Notes: generated by a model not told the origin, from the sequence alone. Counted from the whole stretch's first letter, positions 12,445 through 25,657 are shown. The stretch: 63,285 nucleotides of DNA, filler included, from Intoshia linei (GCA_001642005.1; 7 parts of 7 records of this genome joined end to end with filler, not necessarily neighbours in it); one strand, 5' to 3'. Program-made: numbers and translations.

Positions 12445-15400
12445 TCAATCAAATTTGCTGACATTATATTGACTATTGTTCTGAAATAAATAATTTGAAT
12501 ATATTGAAGTGTAGAAATTTTTGTTTGGTATATATGGATGATTGAAAAGCTGACGAGGTCTGTCGTTGGGTGGATAATTTGTCATTGGTAAATAATTGGT
12601 ATTCGAATTAGATAAAAAAGGATTAAATTTTTCGTTGTTGTGCAATGAATGTTCAAAATGTTTCATATCAGGATGATGTAAGCAAAATTTACGTTCTTTA
12701 CTTCTACAATTTTGAAACCATACCTAAATAATAAGTTATTAATGGTATTATTAATATCATTTAAATTAAAACCTAAAATTTAAATTTTTATTTATTACCT
12801 GCACAACTCTGGAAGCCAAACCGACTTGTTTACCAATCTCGTCTCGTTGATCTTTGTTTGGTTTAGGGTTTCTGTTGTAGTAATACCTGAGAATGCTTAG
12901 TTTATTACCACTTATACTTGTTCTGGGGCCTCGACGTCTAATTTTTGTTTTGGTTTCATTTTTATCATTTTGGTCACATTTAGATTGTCCATCTTCTTTG
13001 TCCTCTTGTAATTTATCGATTGAATCCATTATTTTATTATCCATTCCTGTATTGTTAATTTCGTGTAAATTATCTAAATAAAAATATTTACTTATATAAA
13101 TTAACTAGCTTGACTGTTATGTAATTCGTACCATCAAGACAGCAAGGAGCTTGGTCTGCCGAGTGCGAACTTTTTTACTACTATCAAATAATAAATAAAT
13201 AAATAAATTCAATAAAAACTTACTAAAAAATGCTACTATTGACTATTACCAATCCTTTAAATGAGTGGTTCCCAAAATTTTTAAAACAAGGAGCGCTCAT
13301 TTCACATTACCTTTTAATTGAAAGTGAATTATTTCCATTTAAATGTATTTTGTTAAAATTTGTGTAAAGAATTTGTTAAAACAAAAAATAAAATTGTTAA
13401 TAAATCTGTATTTTCAGTTTAATATTGCAAAGGATTGTAATAAATATAAAAATGATATTAACAAAGTTGTATGACTTTTAGTTTCGTTGTTGTAGTTTCT
13501 ATTAAAATTTTATTCAAAATGTTTTGAAAATGAGAATTTGAAAATTGCGTAGCAATGAAAAAAATTCCGAAAGAATGAATTATATAAATTTTCACGCATA
13601 ATTTTTTATTGGAAATGTGTAGATTTCTCGGTTGAACTTTTGTATTTATATCAACTGAAATAAGCTCTATCAGAATAATTTTTTTTTTTTTTTTAAACAG
13701 TGAATTATTTCATATTTTTTGTTATAATAAAATATTTCGAAAAAAAAATATGAATACTAAAATGCTTTTTTGACCATGAAGTCGTCACTTATTCAGATTA
13801 AAATTTTTGTGTGTGTGTTAACAGGATACAACTGTACTATTTGTAAATTTTATTAAATTCTAGGGCTGTTTTCATTAAAAAAAGAAGGGTAATTTGTGGT
13901 TTTGACCCTGAAGATATAATTTTTTTAAATTTAAATTTCATATAATGTTTATGATTTTAAAATTTGTATTAGCATTTATATTTTTTTAAATTCTATAACT
14001 TGTTTTATTTTCAAAGATAGAGACAATTGGGATTTTTGACTTGTAAGATGTGAGTTTGGGAGGTTGAAATTTATCTTATTATACGTCCCGGAAAAACTGT
14101 AATTGAAATGTGGACTTTATAAAATTCTAAGACCAGTGGTTATTTTAATAAAGGGGAACACACACACAAACAAAAATCGCGTAGCATATTATATAAGTTA
14201 AGATGAATTACCAATTTGAATAGATTCTGAATCGATACTATTTGACCTTTGAATTAAAAATTTTGATTGAATGCTTTCATTGTTTACTGATTCTTATTTA
14301 TAAATATTTTAACATTGACAGACTAATATACCATTTCCGTTGCACATTAACCCTAATTCTGGTTCAAAGAGATAAAATTCTTGAATACATTTGGAAGAAA
14401 CACATTTTTCACACATGTAACATTCTTTATGATAATAATAAGACTTGTATTTTTCATCTTTTTCTTGATCGTTCATTTCAATTACATAAGCTTCTTCGTC
14501 ATATGTGAAGCGTTTCATGCATTTAAAACATTGATATCCAAAATTTCTATAAATAGAATTAATTTATAAATCTTAATAATTAATAATGCATATGTAATTC
14601 AATTTAAAAAACGTATTTGATATTGCTATGAGCAAATTGCTACCTCTGATGTATACAATATCCCTATTCTAGTTGGTCAATGTTGGGACTTGCATAATTT
14701 TGGCTGAGTCATGAATTTGACGAAATAAATAAAATATAACCGTGTAAAATGTATTATTATTTTGGCTTAGTCTTGATCTTATTAATAATAAAAAGAAATT
14801 TTTAACAAATAATGTCTAATCGATCTAGTCTAGGGTCTGGACTCTAGAGTCTAAATAAGGTTTTTTTCTATTGAAGTCCGAATCTATACCCTGGTGGTCA
14901 GTGAGATTCAAATAAAATATCCAAAATTTTTTATCAACTTTTGTTTATTTTTATAAGAGAATTTTTAATATTTATTACAGAGTAGTCAGATATTGGGATT
15001 TATCCGAAAAGCCTAGATCTCTAAATTATTATTTTAAAAATTCCACTTTGATTCAACCATAAATAAATTAAAAAATACCATTTCAAACCCTCACGGAAAA
15101 TCGACTTTTACCGATATTTTTTTGAAAAATCCATTTAATCAAATCCCAAAATAAAAATTAAATTTTATTAATTAATCCCCTTTTTCTAATATTTTTTTGA
15201 AAAATTCGATTTTACCAACCCTTAATGGAAAAATCCTTTTTTTTCTAATATTTTTTTGTAAAATCCTAAATTACCAATTCTTAGTAGCAACGACTTCCTA
15301 ATCCAAAACCCAAAATAAAAAATCCCATTTTTTTTAATATTTTTTTTGTAAAATACAATTTTACCAAATCTTATGAGAAAAACCTCTTATTTCAACCCCA

Positions 15401-17768
15401 AAATAAAAAATCCAACTTTATATACCTTAAACAAAATATCCTCTTTTTCTAATATTTTTTTGAAAAATCCAATTTTACCAACTTGTAATGGAAAAATACC
15501 CTTTTTCTAATATTTTTTTTTAAATACACGATTCTATGAAATTTTATGAGATAGAAACTTTTTTTTCATTGTGGATATTCATTGAATATTGGGGGCTATT
15601 TATCTTCAGAGTAAACTTATTTTCAAATTAATATACATAAATAAATTTTAAAATATTAAATTTTGTTGCTTCTGATATTTTAGATATACTTTTGAGATTA
15701 TATTTTGTACTCTTTTCTATTTTATTTCTGTGAGGTCACATAAAAATAATGTTATTATGAGAAAAATGAAATCAATTTAACAAGCTATCTATTTGTTAAA
15801 ATTCCAATTTTAAAAATTCGTTTAAATATACTGTATCCTAAATTATTATAATGCACAAAAGTATTAGTTTAAATATTTTTTGGTAGGTTTTAATTAATAA
15901 TGAATTGGAACCAATGATAAATTTAATATTTTAGGGGGCGATAGTTCAAAAAAGGTTGAGAATCCCTGGTCTAGACAATTAGCAAACAACAAAAATGAAG
16001 AATTGTAGAAAGACTACTATATTGTAACATTGTATAGTTTTTTCTAGTTTTTACTTGTAAAAGTCTTTAACACAATAAAACAATTCATTGTTTATAAAAC
16101 ACTTTTCATTTAATTGGTCTTCACATAAATGGCATTTTAAACAACTTTCATGGTATGACATTTTTTGTATAATTTTTAGGTGATCATCGTCAATTGATAG
16201 TTGGCAAATTTTGCATTTATTCATTGGAATGTCTAAAAATTAAATAAATTGGGATGAATAGTATTGATATTAATAATATCAAAATCTAAAATTATCAATT
16301 ATAAGTCTAAAATTTACATATATTATTAGTAGTCTGGTATGTACTTCGTACAACAATAACAAACTAGTCTATGGCGGACGATTCAAGATACATATTTTTC
16401 ACATTATTAATACGTCGATATGAAAAAAAAATTAATTTTAGTATAGAAAATTGCTAATATTCCCAATTCAAATTAATTAATTATATTTCACTTTATTTTA
16501 AATTTTTAAAATTGTGTATTAATAAAAAAACCAATGAAATCAATATCTGGGACTAAAAAATAAATGTTTGTTTTTCAAATATATAAGTTTTGCACAATTT
16601 TTGCACAATACTGAAATCAAATTTCGTTATTGTAAGACATTATTTAAACTGTAAATGTAATCAAACAAATAAGTACGATAAACGATTGAATTATTATTAT
16701 ACATTATGCATAATGTATTGACTTTAAACATTAAAATAATTTTAATTTTAATGTTAAATTAGATTCGTAGCATTCGTATTAATATTTACATAATAAATAT
16801 AATGCAAACATAACTTAAGTCTATTATGTTGTATTCTAGGAATACCGAAATTTAACAATACACTGTATTGAATACAGTATTCTCTCTACAATTCGTCAAC
16901 TTTATGACTCACCATATGATAATTTATGCAATATAGAAATATTAACATTTTATTATATAACTCGCCATTAATTTAAAATATACAAATATAAGTTTTAAAC
17001 CCATTTTTCAAAATTAGTTACGATTTAATGTACGTAATTTTTAAATTACATTGAAATTTATAATGCTTCTAAATCGCAAAAAAACTTACAGGTTTAATAA
17101 GACAGATAGATAATAAATTTATTTAAAAAATGGGAATATGTATATTACGCTTAGAAAAATTGTCTTTATATTCTATTTACTGATTTATTATTTATCAAAA
17201 CTTCATTTTTTAATTGAAACATAATTTTTAAAAAATATTTATTAATTAAAAATATAATTTATTAATTTCAGTTATAAAAATGGATTTTTGATAAAATAGA
17301 TTTTAATTATTTTGTATTAAATTTACAATTTGTATTACAATTTACGTTTTATTGTAATTTAACCTTTAATTTAAAAGATTTAACTGATGTTTCTATATCA
17401 TCTCTCTATCCCACCAAATTCCCTATCTCGCAAACTTTTTCTAAATACTAAGAATGAAGTTATAGAGAGAATACTGTATTAAATATCCATAATATTTATA
17501 AATTCAAAAATTAATAACTCACTTATCATGTGATGTACTCAGGTCAACTTAAATATTTAAAAAATTACTAAAAATTTACTAAAGTGTATTTTTAAAAAAT
17601 TTATGAGTTTTTGAAAAATAATGCAATAATTCATAATGAATGAATCTAAAAAAAATCCCTACAGAAAGGTGCATTTTTAATATCATGTTAACAAATTTAT
17701 TTTACATTAAACTATTTACAAATATTATTTATATTCATATTACCTTCATTTATATTCAATTTATTCAT
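12445..17768 (-). CDS. LIM-homeobox transcription factor, Lhx1/5 (Lim1/lin-11)-like
   Basis: Phase-compatible exons 17768-17744, 16232-16055 (LIM1 CKIC...HESCLKCHLC...CVKD), 14546-14332 (LIM2 CFKC...HKECYMCEKC...C), 14286-14212, 13073-12799 (RRRGPRTSIS...NPKPN...GLASRVVQ) and 12723-12445 (VWFQNCRSKERK + N/P/Y-rich tail). First exon less certain. Confidence 0.9.
13105..14203 (-). mobile_element. Non-autonomous Helitron-like element, long copy, in LIM-homeobox intron
   Basis: On the minus strand starts A|TCTTAACTTATATAATATGCTACGCGATTTTTGTTTGTGTGTGTG and ends ...ACAGTCAAGCTAG|T; no TSD. Interior closely matches 48500-49070. Confidence 0.8.
14890..15968. mobile_element. hAT-type non-autonomous element with internal ~60-bp tandem units
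   Basis: Right end AAAAGGTTGAGAATCCCTG followed by GTCTAGAC. Imperfect unit TTTTCTAATATTTTTTTGAAAAATCCAATTTTACCAA... is repeated several times over 15110-15540. Parts shared with 3440-3860 and 9890-10120. Left boundary approximate. Confidence 0.6.
16875..17476. mobile_element. Tc1/mariner-pogo-type MITE
   Basis: TA|CAGTATTCTCTCTA ... TAGAGAGAATACTG|TA inverted termini with TA flanks. Confidence 0.7.
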
Positions 17769-20700
17769 CCAGATATCGTTTATGAAATAATTTTCTAATG
17801 ACTATTACAAATAAAATTTAACAAATGTAAATGAAAAAATTAAATAATAATTGAAATTATTTCAAGTAAACAAAATTAAATTTTATTAAATAGTATTTGT
17901 TTAAAGCTCTTTGTATTTAATAATGGTAGGCGTGTTAATTATTAACAACCATTTATACGTTAATTATTATTTTAATTGATAAGTTATAAATTGAATTTAA
18001 ACAAAAACATTTTATTCAATTGATCAAAAACCCATTTTAAAGCGTCATAATGTAGATATTATTAAATCTGATTATAGTCATTTATTCTAAAATATAAAAT
18101 CTGCAATTTAAATATTTCAAGTTAAGATCTTGTTAAATTACGATGACGCAAAAGCCAATTTAATAATAATTATTTTACGAATTTAATACCTATTGGTGTT
18201 GGATCGGTAACAAGAACCATTCCTCCGAAGCATTGACTTATTAAGTAAAATCCCAAAAAACGTGTTTGGCACCCTCATAATGCCGACAACGCGTTTAAGA
18301 GTTAATTGCTTAGACTTTAAAATAAATCACAGAAAAAAGCTTCGATCTTTACAGCTTTTGCAGATTTTACATATATCCCATCAATCAGTATCCCATGGTG
18401 AAATTTCTATCTAGGCCAGGGTTTATTAACCTTTTTAAATTTAGCATCCCCGTTAGCCAAATCAATTATTTTCAGCACCCCTGTAAAAAATAAAAAAGAT
18501 ACCTATAAGTCAACCTAAAAATCGTATTTTATTGATATTTTTAAAAGCCACCTTATTAATATCAAACATAATCAATAACATCAAAAAATGGTAAAAATAA
18601 ACATATAAGCTGTATTTGATAAATTACCAATTAAAACAACAAAAAAATGTAATCAAAAAAATATTTTAATATAAGGATTAATTGGATTTTGGTTGTTGTT
18701 TATTGGAAAGAATTTTATCATATCTAAGTTTTGTTAAAGATAAATGAAGTATTATGCAGGATCGTGTAAAAGGATAGGACCACATCACCCGGCCTACAGT
18801 CACAAGGGACTATTAGTTTAATTTATAATTATGTAATGTTAGAAAATATTATTTTAGTCATGACTCATGACCATTGCTATTTTCAACTGATATTTTTTAA
18901 TTTTTAGACAATAAACGATAAACTAAAGAATTTAGATAAATAAATAATAAATTATATTCCAATTTGAAAATAATTATAATTAATTTCATTTTTTAATGAA
19001 ATTTTAGTTTTAGTGTTCAGATTGAAATGGTTTATTTTAATTTTACTTTATGTAACCATGATGTTAGTGACTCAAAGGCAGATACGACCTAATGTTTTGA
19101 AAACTTCTTTGAGGCATCGAGGGCTCATTTTGGCAAATTGAAAATTAATAAATTACATTGAATTTTTGACTATATTAACTATTTTGTGTTTCTAGTTTAA
19201 GCTTTAAAACCCAGAGTCTGGACTCCAGACCCGTGGAAGGTTAGCTAGGGTTATATGGAATTTCGCGTTCATTGAAAAATAATTTTTATAGCATTTTATT
19301 TTATGTTACATTATTTTTATTTTCGAGTGGGCCTCCAACAGTCGAAATCTAATATTCGACTATACCAAAAGTCTTGCCTTGCTTATAGAAAAGTCACTGT
19401 ACATTGTATGTCTATTTGTTTGTCTGCAAATATTTATTTACAAAGTTAACAGTACCAAATGTTTAATAAAATATACATTCTAGGAAATTTTCTCTTGACA
19501 ATGTTTTATCATCAATATCATCTCAGACGTTTGCATCTTACATAGTCAAAAATACAAATTACATTTTTTGTACAATTTTATTACTTATTTTTAGCAAATT
19601 ATTTGACAAAATTGATTAATTATGTAAAAATACTAATAATAAAAAAAATAAATATATAATATTATAGATTATAAATAATATAAATAATATAATAATATAA
19701 ATAATAAATTATAATATTTCACGCCTACATTAATTCTGCTCAATATAATTAAGCATGAAAGCAACGGTGTCTTATAATACTGCACTCTTACACTCGTTTT
19801 GCTCTCAAATTTAACCTCAAATTAACTTTTAGTAACTATTTAATGTAAATAATGTAGATGGATTAAAATAGACACTTTAAAACAAAATGTGTTTTACAAA
19901 CAACGATATACAAAATACATGGTATAATTATAATAATGTGATAATACAACCGCAAATTTAGAATTTTAATATGCCTATTTCTTAAATATAATGTATATAT
20001 TATTACTAAAAAGTAACTCCGATAAGTGAATATTAACTAATAAGATGCCAAATAGGGATTCGAGCTTTATACCTCATCAAAAACAATTATATGATTATAA
20101 TCACTCTAATCGTTAGACATCACAAGTGCGCTATATCAAAAATATATGTTCGAATCTCGAATTATACGATACATATATATAGGGTTACAAAAATAAATAT
20201 ACAATAATAGGGACTACAAACACATTATATGTTCAATTTTATTTTTTATACGTGTTTTATTATTATAAATTTGATTTTTCTTGGATACTAGCTACTTTAA
20301 AATATAAATGTATAAGAAAACGTTTGCCTTGGGCAAAGTTATTGTTAGTCGACATTGCAAAGCATATTAGTTTTAAATTAAATATAAACGAATAATCGCT
20401 CAACAACAATGATTGATATACCGTTGGGAACTGCTGATCTTGAGTTATTATTCGACTTGATGATTACTTGGTTAATTAAAAGAGTTATTAACAAGTTAAT
20501 ACTATGCGTGAGGTAATTTTACAATTTTATATATTTGTATAATTTTCTACAATATGCCCAATGGGCATTGGCTAGAATATAAAACACACTGCATTAACTA
20601 TAGTTAAATAGAAAAATAAGTCGAAAATGTTTATAACCATTTCAAGTCTTATTATATAGAAAATGAGAGTCGAAGAGGGGTTTCGTGTACTCTAAGTTTA

Positions 20701-21109
20701 GATCTGACTCGCGGTCTGTATTAGGGAACGGCTGAACAATTTAATGATTTATCTGTATTCAATTTAGTATTTTATAATTTTTAATAGTAATGGTTCACAT
20801 ATTGTCAGCGCAATTAAAAAATTACGATTAACAGTTTAACATGTACATAAATCATACTTATAAAACCCTACGATTATCTATTTTCTATATAAAGTTGTAT
20901 AAAAAGGTATTTTCACGACCAAAATCCCAGATTACCATTTTCTAAAAAATTAAAATTTTCCTAGAATTTAAAAACACATTACAGCTTATACATTTATCTC
21001 CAGTTAACGCTCACAAAAAATTTGAAATAAATAACGATCCTGGAATTATCGTTAAATATTATATCGAGCACGGGTGGGTAAGAATTCGAAGACGTCCACA
21101 TTTCTGAGG

Positions 21110-21445
21110 TGGAAATTTTTGAGGATGACATTTTTTATACCCGTTAACATGAAAAACACTCTTTGAACTACAAGTCTTAAAATTTGAAATGTAAAAATTA
21201 TGATACTTTTTTTGCATAGAATTTTTTAAAGTATATTTGAATGCAACAAAATAGCATCTTTACGTTTAGAAACACAAATGAAATTTTATTGCCCAATATT
21301 TAATTTAATTTTTTAATTGTATTGTTTCAAATGGTTAATTAAAATTAAAAAATATAGCTTAGTCAAATCCTAATTTAAAACATGTAGTTCAAAGAATGTT
21401 TTTCATGTTAACGGGTATAAAAAACGTCATCCTTAGAAATTTCCA
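21110..21445. repeat. Long inverted repeat / foldback MITE (~75-bp arms)
   Basis: TGGAAATT...GGATGAC..TTTTTATACCCGTTAACATGAAAAACA.TCTTTGAACTACA is mirrored by TGTAGTTCAAAGAATGTTTTTCATGTTAACGGGTATAAAAAACGTCATCC...AATTTCCA. Confidence 0.75.
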
Positions 21446-21549
21446 ACATCCCTGTCAAAAACGCATGGTAGCTTTTTGTCACCGAATATTTTTAAAATTA
21501 TAACTAAACCTTTACTTATAATTTCTAAATTAAAGATGGATGGATCGAG

Positions 21550-22839
21550 GATCTTTTGTAAATAACGAACAACAACTTACATGAAAATTTCTTGTTCGTT
21601 AAAAAAAAGTTAACGAATAAACAAATTTATTTTTAATTAATTTATTTTTTTATAAAAATCACATATTGTTTTGGGTCTTTTTAATATAGTTTCTTTCACC
21701 GCTTTTAATGCGATTAAGCCATTCAAGTTATCAAAAATAAAGAATTTTTCTAGTTTATTAATACATTCTAGATATACTGTCATCTTCTATGTCGATTTCA
21801 CTACAGGTAGAATAATCAATGCTGTATTTATGATTGGTATTATCTTCTATGGGCGGTATCAAAGAATCTTTGAATTCATCATCACTATAGTCGTTTTCAT
21901 CATACGCAGAGAATTCATCTGTGACTTTTCCATTATTTTCTACAAGATTTATCACTATTTGATAAAACCTATGTTTAGAATTAGAATTTTTGAAAAACAG
22001 GCCTGTCTCATCGCAATTATAAATGTCCATAGGATTATATTTCTCTTCTTTACTTTTAAAAAAATCTGAAAAAGCTTCAAATTCACTTGTATTAACAAGA
22101 CCTGCCTCACCACTAATAACACGAGGATGAATATTATGACGTTTTTGAAAACAGGAAAACCAACTATTTGAAGCTTTGAAATTGGGTTTTTTTAGCCGTT
22201 TTTAGATTTTAAAAGCCATTGTTTGTCCTCAATATCATCTATTTTCATGTTTTAAAGAGTCTTTAAAATTTTATTAATCATACCAAGAGGCATGCCAAAT
22301 TTAATTTAAAGTTCTTTTTGAGTATATTTTGCACTATTCATTTCAGAAAAATTTATAACCTCTCTTTTCTTCTAATGTATTAATTTTGCTATTTTCTTTT
22401 TGATTGTTTCTCTTTAGCATCGTATTAGATTTTTTATTTATTTTTAAAAAAAGATGTAATCGTAAAATATTATTTATTTACAGTCATATTTATGTCAAAA
22501 AGTTTAGTTTAAGTTTTAATTTAATTTCAATATGAATCTTTATCAATTATTTTGGATCAATTCGCCAGACACCACTGGTGTCACACCAGTCGATAAAAGG
22601 ATACAATAATATTATGGTGATTAATAAGCTTATTATGGCATCATTGCATGTATACATGATGTTTAAAATTGTTCTAAAATAAAATAATTTTTTCTAATTT
22701 TTGAAAAAGTTTGTTCGTTAATAAATTTCATTTTTTATAGTACCAGTATACCCATAAATTATTAATATTTTTTTGTTCGTTAAAAGATAGGTTTATCATG
22801 TTTGTTAAATAAAGTGTTCGTTAAATTGAGGTTTGATTG
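21550..22839 (-). mobile_element. Decayed pogo/Tigger (CENP-B-like) transposon
   Basis: Minus-strand FKASNSWFSCFQKRHNI...ISGEAGLVN...DIYNCDETGLFFK (Tigger HTH end and first DDE Asp), broken by stops/frameshifts. TIR-like end TA|CAATCAAACCTCAATTTAACGAAC at 22839; left end degenerate. Confidence 0.85.
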
Positions 22840-24935
22840 TATTAACTTTACGATAGTATTATTGCAAAGTTTAATAGTTTGTAAATGTATGGCTCTTTAA
22901 AAATAACTAACACGATGGTTTTCAGTGAAAAATTCATGCGAAAAAACAATTTAATGTATAGAAAATTTTAAAAATGTTACTGTATTTGTTGGCTAGGGAA
23001 AACGTTATAGTCAAGTGGTTCAATTCAACTTAAATTTGTAGAAAAACTAATATACAATTTGTCGTATCTTAGACGTTTAAATTTGAATGACAAATTATTA
23101 ATTTTAAAACTGTTTTAGCCATTATTTTATCATTATTATTAATTTTTCTCAATGATTATGTAATTGAAAATAATTAAATATAACTAGAATCATTAAAATA
23201 AAATGAATTTATAAATTCATTTATATTTAGAATTTTGTAAAATTTAATTATATTTTAATTTTAAAAGTAATTTTACAAACAATAAATGCTAATGAATAAT
23301 GTTATCATTTGTAAAATGACAATTAAAAATTAACAATTAATTTATAATGCCGAATATAATGGTGTTTACTTAATGCAATAATATACCGAAAAATTTAATA
23401 ATTATTTATCGTACACATTTATACATGAAATCTTTAAAAAAACAGGATTCAAAATGCAAATCAAAGTTATGCCGTTAGGCCTCTAGGTAAATGTAATATT
23501 AATGTATTTATAATTATTGAAATAAATTGATTAAGCTATTAGTCAAGTCAAAATTGTTTATGTAAATAAAGAATAAACAATTAAGTTTTGATAATACATA
23601 TAACAACGTACGATACATGTATAATGAAATGAATATATTTTATTTCACTCGTTCTTAAACTTAAAAATTCGTCCATCTCTAAAAAATTTCTAAATGACGG
23701 GCGACTTAAGATTGGATTGTAAATTTAATTAACCAGTCGTCCTAGAATTTTAAAAATCAAATATAATACTATAATGGAATTTCATAATGTAATTTTCGAA
23801 ATTTTCCAAAATTTGATAAAATGAAAAATATATTCAATAATTAGGGAATTAAAAGGTGCTTTTTCCTCGGTTAATATAAAAAAAATTTTAGTCAAAGACT
23901 GCAAAAATTGATTCTCGTTAATGTACGATAAAAATTATGCCAATAAATATTTTGCAATTATTTTTTGATTGAAAATGAAAATTAAGAAAAATGACAGAAC
24001 AAAGATAGTGTGTTTTTTTGTTTCTGACGAAAGGTGTACAATTCCAAATGTAAAATTTAAAATACAGCACAAAGTAAATCATGTATATCAAGGTATTGTA
24101 GTTTAATTTTTTTGTGTTGTTACTTTATTGACATGTAAATTTAATTTTTAATAATCAAAATTCAAAATGTACTGTATTTATGATTTTTCGAATACTCAAA
24201 GTGTAATTAAATCGAATCTTAAATTGTGTAAAAACTTGACATTTTGACACTAATCCATGTTTTATTAATTATGAAATTATCAATATTTACAATAAATGAA
24301 TGTAATATTTTGTGTATTTCAAAAATAATTTTTTAGTTGTTGAGTAGTCAATCTGTCATCTGGTACTTGAGTTTCATGTAACAACTTTTGAATTGTAACA
24401 ACTTATTGTCTGAAAATTAACAAAAAAATAAACAACAGATTAGTGTCATAAATTTGTGTCTTAGTTTCATTGAATGTTTTAACTTATAAAAACTTGGAAA
24501 TTTTCTAAAAACTAGTTATCATATTTCAAATTTATTACATTAATATAAAATTTATTAAAATCAGTTAAAATCTTAAATATTAACACTTTAACTATTTATT
24601 AGTATACATTACGTAAATTATTATTAGTTACATATTGTATTTTAAACTTATTATTATATGTAAAACTTATTTTAACCAGAATTGTTTACTACACATTTCA
24701 AATTGAAAATTTAACACAAATCTACAATTAAATGGTGTTGAATACTAATTAATAATTAACTTTGAATTGATCCATTGGGTCTATTCTGATTCTCAATTGA
24801 CATATCACACTTGTATAATCAATTTAACCATTTTGAAACAGTCATTGTTAAACAGGGTTAGAGTTTCCCTTAGGGCAGTATTTCTTAACCGGGGGTGCAT
24901 AATCAATTTTTGGGGTGCACAGAGCTATTTTCAAT

Positions 24936-25035
24936 NNNNNNNNNNNNNNNNNNNNNNNNNNNNNNNNNNNNNNNNNNNNTTAATTAATTAANNNNNNNNN
25001 NNNNNNNNNNNNNNNNNNNNNNNNNNNNNNNNNNN
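24936..25035. other. Artificial contig spacer
   Basis: 44 N + TTAATTAATTAA (stops in all six frames) + 44 N. Confidence 0.97.
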
Positions 25036-25368
25036 AGATTTTGAAATGGATCAAAGGTAATATTTATTTATTTTTAAAATAAATGTTTACATTATTTTTA
25101 GAGAAGGCATTGAATACCTTCATGAATTATGTTTTTATATTTTGTTCGAAGAAAAACTCCATCCTATTGATTTGAAACATTTGAAATCAGAATGGTCAGA
25201 TATCATAGATAAAGATATTCACAGAGGTAATTTTTATAAGTAAAGTTTCATGTAATTTCTATTTTAGGCAACACCTATTGTGTTAAATATGTTAAAAAAT
25301 ATGAACTCAATAATGCTATTAAACTATCAGAGGAATGTCGGAAAATAATTGACAAGACCGATCAATAA
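25036..25368 (+). CDS. 3' exons of an unidentified protein (5'-truncated by spacer)
   Basis: Three exons separated by ~40-nt GT-AG introns read DFEMDQR|EGIEYLHELCFYILFEEKLHPIDLKHLKSEWSDIIDKDIHR|GNTYCVKYVKKYELNNAIKLSEECRKIIDKTDQ*. Confidence 0.65.
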
Positions 25369-25657
25369 TACATGATTAATTTTAATAAATTTAAATTTAT
25401 AAATTCATTTTCTTGTATCATTTTTTCACTTATTTCACATCTAAGCCATCTTAACAAACGACTTGGCATCATATATATCTTTTGGGAGAATTTTGTTGTT
25501 TTTAAATTATTGATGCTTATGTTCATTTCGAAATTAGTTAGTATATAAGTCAGAATGTAATCCATGTTGTACTGTTCATTAAACGTAAACTTTTCATTTT
25601 TTTATAATTTTAAAGTTATATGTCAAAAAGTTCATTATTTGAACAATTAATATAATA

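Noticed and set aside
15110-15540. Spaced repeats resembling a CRISPR array
   Set aside because: Imperfect tandem units inside a eukaryotic TE, no unique spacers and no cas genes.
18185-18410. Less AT-rich island considered as an snRNA or extra exon
   Set aside because: No recognisable snRNA motif and stops in the candidate frames; more likely a decayed TE fragment.
19645-19720. AT-only simple repeats (also about 53200-53270)
   Set aside because: Low-complexity background expected at this base composition.
24980-24991. TTAATTAATTAA palindrome repeated six times in the window
   Set aside because: Always centred in N-runs; an assembly linker, not a biological repeat. ORFs 24767-24991 and 44663-44857 run through the Ns and are artefacts.
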